From the NCBI RefSeq assembly GCF_009914755.1, contig NC_060925.1: 64,000 bases of DNA; one strand, written 5' to 3'. Position 1 is the stretch's first letter. The number at the start of each line of letters is the position of its first letter. The position numbers were made by a program, and so were the translations under genes. The notes under the pieces were generated by a model. That model was not told the origin of the DNA, did no database searches, and saw only the letters and a program-made list of their open reading frames with translations. The stretch is from the human T2T-CHM13v2.0 reference genome, Homo sapiens. Of this stretch, positions 61,090-64,000 are shown in pieces.

Positions 61090-62120
61090 TACAGTCCCAT
61101 GGCCTCCTCGGACTCCCGGGACTCGCTGCCGCCTCTGCTCCGTCTCTAAACTGGGGCTCTGACCCACAACGGCGCACGCGCCCGCCCCCAACTCAGAGCA
61201 ACTTTCCCCACTCCTCGGATTAACTGCTACCCTCTCCGAACGCCGGCCCGCCCCAGGTCCGTCAGCGCACACCCCGGTCCCCGGGGTCCCGCTCCGGGAA
61301 CTCCGGCCCTCGGTTGCCCCTGGCTCCCGGTCCCCCAGCGGGCCCCTTCCTCCCCTCCTCAGAAGGATGCCCTCCCAAGGTATCCCAGATCCGGCCGGCC
61401 CATGCCCGGGGACCCGGCCACACGACACGACTGCCCCTTTCCGCCTGCCCGAGAAGACTCGGGCTTGTTTTGCAGGGCAGGGGTGCGGTCCGTCCTCCGA
61501 TTTGCCTCTCCTGCCCTCTCTCCCTCCGGGCTGCCCTCCTTACCCGCCTGCAGCCCGGTTTCGGCGACATCGCCTGCAGGGCCGCGCTCGGCCCCGCCGC
61601 CGCCCGTGAGGGAGGAGAGACAAGTGTGGTTGTGGGAGCACTTGATGTCGCGGAAGAACTTCTGGGTCTCGCGCAGGTTCTGTCGCAGCCGTCCCAGGTA
61701 GCGGCGGTAGCGGCCGAAGCCCCGGCACAGCTCGCGGATCATTCCGCCGCCGCCGGGGCCGGGACCCGAGACGGGCTCGCTGCCCCATGGCACCCCGTCG
61801 CCCTCCATCGCCTCTGCCCGCTCTGTCTTTGCGGCTCGGTCCCCGGCCGCAGGCCCGGCCTCCCTCCTCCCCGCCCCCCAGTGCCGAAGGGAGGAGGAAT
61901 CCGCCTCCTGACGCCCCCGCCTGCAGTCAGCCTGGCTCCCAACCTCCGTCACTGCCGTTGCAAACAAACCAAACCGCAGTGCGCCGCTATCGGAACCTTT
62001 CTCTCCACTATCCAGAAGCGTGAGGGAAGGATCGCTGGAGGACACCCTCGCCGCGGGGTCTCCTGGGACTTGCAGTCCGGGCTGGGACCAAACGCCAAAA
62101 CCTCAAGGCTGGAGAAGGGG
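61090..62120. promoter_or_regulatory. DSTYK: CpG island / DSTYK promoter and 5' UTR
   Basis: Sharp rise in GC and unmutated CpG around exon 1; Sp1-type CCCCGCCCCC at 61869-61878, EGR1-type CGCCCCCGC at 61912-61920; no obvious TATA. Exact TSS cannot be read from sequence. Confidence 0.9.
61544..61808 (-). CDS. DSTYK: DSTYK coding exon 1 (265 nt, [61 protein letters not shown]...)
   Basis: ATG at 61808-61806 in strong context (gaggcgATGG); translation recognised as the DSTYK N-terminus; donor CGG|GTAAGG at 61544/61543, phase 1; lies in CpG island. Confidence 0.97.
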
Positions 62121-62724
62121 AGGCTGTGGATGGGACTGATCCCTTTTGGAGAAAACCCTCACTCGTTCTTGTGTTTTCGCGCTCTCTTCATTTTAAAAAG
62201 TGTTCCCAATCCCTCTATGAGCGTCCCTGAGGAGAGGGAGGAGCTGCAGGACCTGAGTGCCAGCAGAAGTGGGGGGGCCTTACCGAAATCGTAGCGAAAG
62301 ATGTTAATAGTAGAGAAAAGGAAGGAAACAAGACTGAAGACAGTCATATCTCCATGGCTACCCTAAGTGGCTCTCTAGTGTTTCGGATACAGTAGATACT
62401 GGGGAATCGGCTAAAAGTACCCTGGAAATCGGCTGAAAGTACCCTGGAAATAGGGAAATCTCTTATATTTGCATTGCGTTCCCCTTTTCCAACTTTCCTT
62501 CTCCAGACTTGGAAAGGAAGGGTGTGAAAGGATCAACAAGAGCTGTAAGCTGAACTTCAGTGGGTTCCTGAAGTAGGGAGACCGGACTGGGTAAGGGGAA
62601 GTTGAGGTTTGTAGCCTTCCAAACTATTTCTGATTATCTTAACTTGGTTTCTGCTAATATGGAGGACTTTCACTGACACACACAGTCACAGACTCCTGGA
62701 CACAATTACAAAGGGGGCAAAACT

Positions 62725-62732
62725 TGACGTCA
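62725..62732. promoter_or_regulatory. Full palindromic CRE (TGACGTCA) ~0.9 kb upstream of the DSTYK ATG
   Basis: Exact TGACGTCA with intact CpG in otherwise CpG-poor flank; function untested. Confidence 0.45.
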
Positions 62733-63609
62733 CCTCTTTTGTGCTTCCTGAATTATCTCTCCCCTCTTCACCAGGCACAGAGCCCATCTGTATCTTTCTT
62801 GCTATAGAAAGACACCGTCTTTTACCTAGGCCAGACTTCTTCTCTGATAGGCTACATGATGTAGTTCCTTGACTGAAATTAAGAGGAGATTTGAGTTTGG
62901 ATCTGGACTCTTCCTATACCTTGCATTGTGATCTCGGGCAAGACCCCGTTTCATCTTCTATAAAGTAAGGGTTTAGAATGGCAGATCTTTAAGCCCTTTT
63001 GGTTTTAAATTTTTGTGAGTCCTGCTTCAGAAATTTTACTTCTCCTGACCTCTCATCGCAGAACACCCAGGTGTTCTTAGCCAAATGATGTCGTGATATT
63101 TGGATTAATTGTTGTAAGATGTGAAGGCCTTACCTTTCCAGGGGCATTAGCATTTTATAAAAAGGGGTCACTAATTCGAATGAATCTGTATTTGATAAAT
63201 GTCTGTGAGGGCTGACTGCAAGGAGGGAGCCTCATGCTCCTTCCCATTTACCCACTCCCCCTTCTGCCTTTTACTTGGTCACGTATTTTCCATCAGCCAT
63301 TCTTCTTTTGCAAGATTATATTCCCCATGCAATCCCCAAAGGTTCAGTAAAATAGAAATGAAAATTAAAAATGGGAATTTTAATACAAAGTAGATACTAT
63401 TTTTAAAATAGAAGAGCTGTAAGAAAGCAATGTGTAATGATTTGCCACACACACGAATTTCTAGCACAGGAGATCAGATAAGAGCACTCAAGCTGGAGTT
63501 ATCCAGAAAAGGAATCTATCTTGAAGAAGGGGCAAAATTTAGATAGGTGGAAGTAATCAGAGAGGGCATTATTTCAGGTAAATATCACAAAGCCCACCCT
63601 TTTAAAAAC

Positions 63610-64000
63610 TATTCCTTAGTACTTTGCATTTATTTTCAAAATAAGTAATACACGAATGTGGTATAAAATTCAAATGGTGCAAAGGATATATAAGGAAAAA
63701 CTAAGTCTTCCTTAGTTTTTCTGTTCACCTCCCAGTCACCTAGTTCCCCTCCCAGGAGGCAACCACTGTTGTAGATATAAATCATGTATAAATAGATCCT
63801 ATATATGTATTTATATATGTGTATGCATGTATTTTAAATACAAATGATAGCATACGTAATACATATTTGATTATGGCCTTGCAGACTTCTGTACCAAAAC
63901 ATAAAGGTCTGTTTCATTCTTTTTAACTGTGTAACATACTACCACATGGATTGGCATGTTTTATTTAACAAGTCTTCTATTGGCGGACCTTTAGGTTTTT
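63610..64000 (-). mobile_element. Old L1ME fragment, runs off window edge
   Basis: CCCAGGAGGCAACCACTGTT, TTCATTCTTTTTAACTG, GGACCTTTAGGTT motifs. Confidence 0.55.

Noticed and set aside
61314-62294. 326-aa plus-strand ORF and other overlapping ORFs across the promoter
   Set aside because: Starts at TTG, Pro/Ala/Gly/Arg-rich, antisense to exon 1 in a CpG island where stops are rare; no recognisable domain.

Overview
Human (primate) genomic DNA carrying most of the protein-coding gene DSTYK (dual serine/threonine and tyrosine protein kinase, RIPK5) on the minus strand. The CpG-island promoter and exon 1 lie at ~61.1-62.1 kb. Coding exons 1-11 were reconstructed by hand with GT-AG boundaries and consistent phases: 265+389+670+233+84+177+130+157+133+114+115 = 2467 coding nt. 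The final kinase exons and 3' UTR lie beyond the left edge. Introns are very Alu-dense (roughly 60 copies). They also contain a full-length THE1 MaLR element with a 5-bp TSD, Tigger3/Tigger4 and hAT DNA-transposon remnants, L1/L2/MIR fragments, an ERV1-type solo LTR and a frameshifted RPL17 processed pseudogene. Almost all other ORFs in the track are Alu, THE1 or CpG-island artefacts. I see no convincing wholly new biological system. The most interesting signal is protein-level: exons 2-3 read like a degenerate dynamin/mitofusin-type GTPase domain fused to the kinase. Several splice-site oddities and repeat rearrangements also merit checking. Exon coordinates were counted base by base; repeat boundaries are approximate and repeat family names are by eye.
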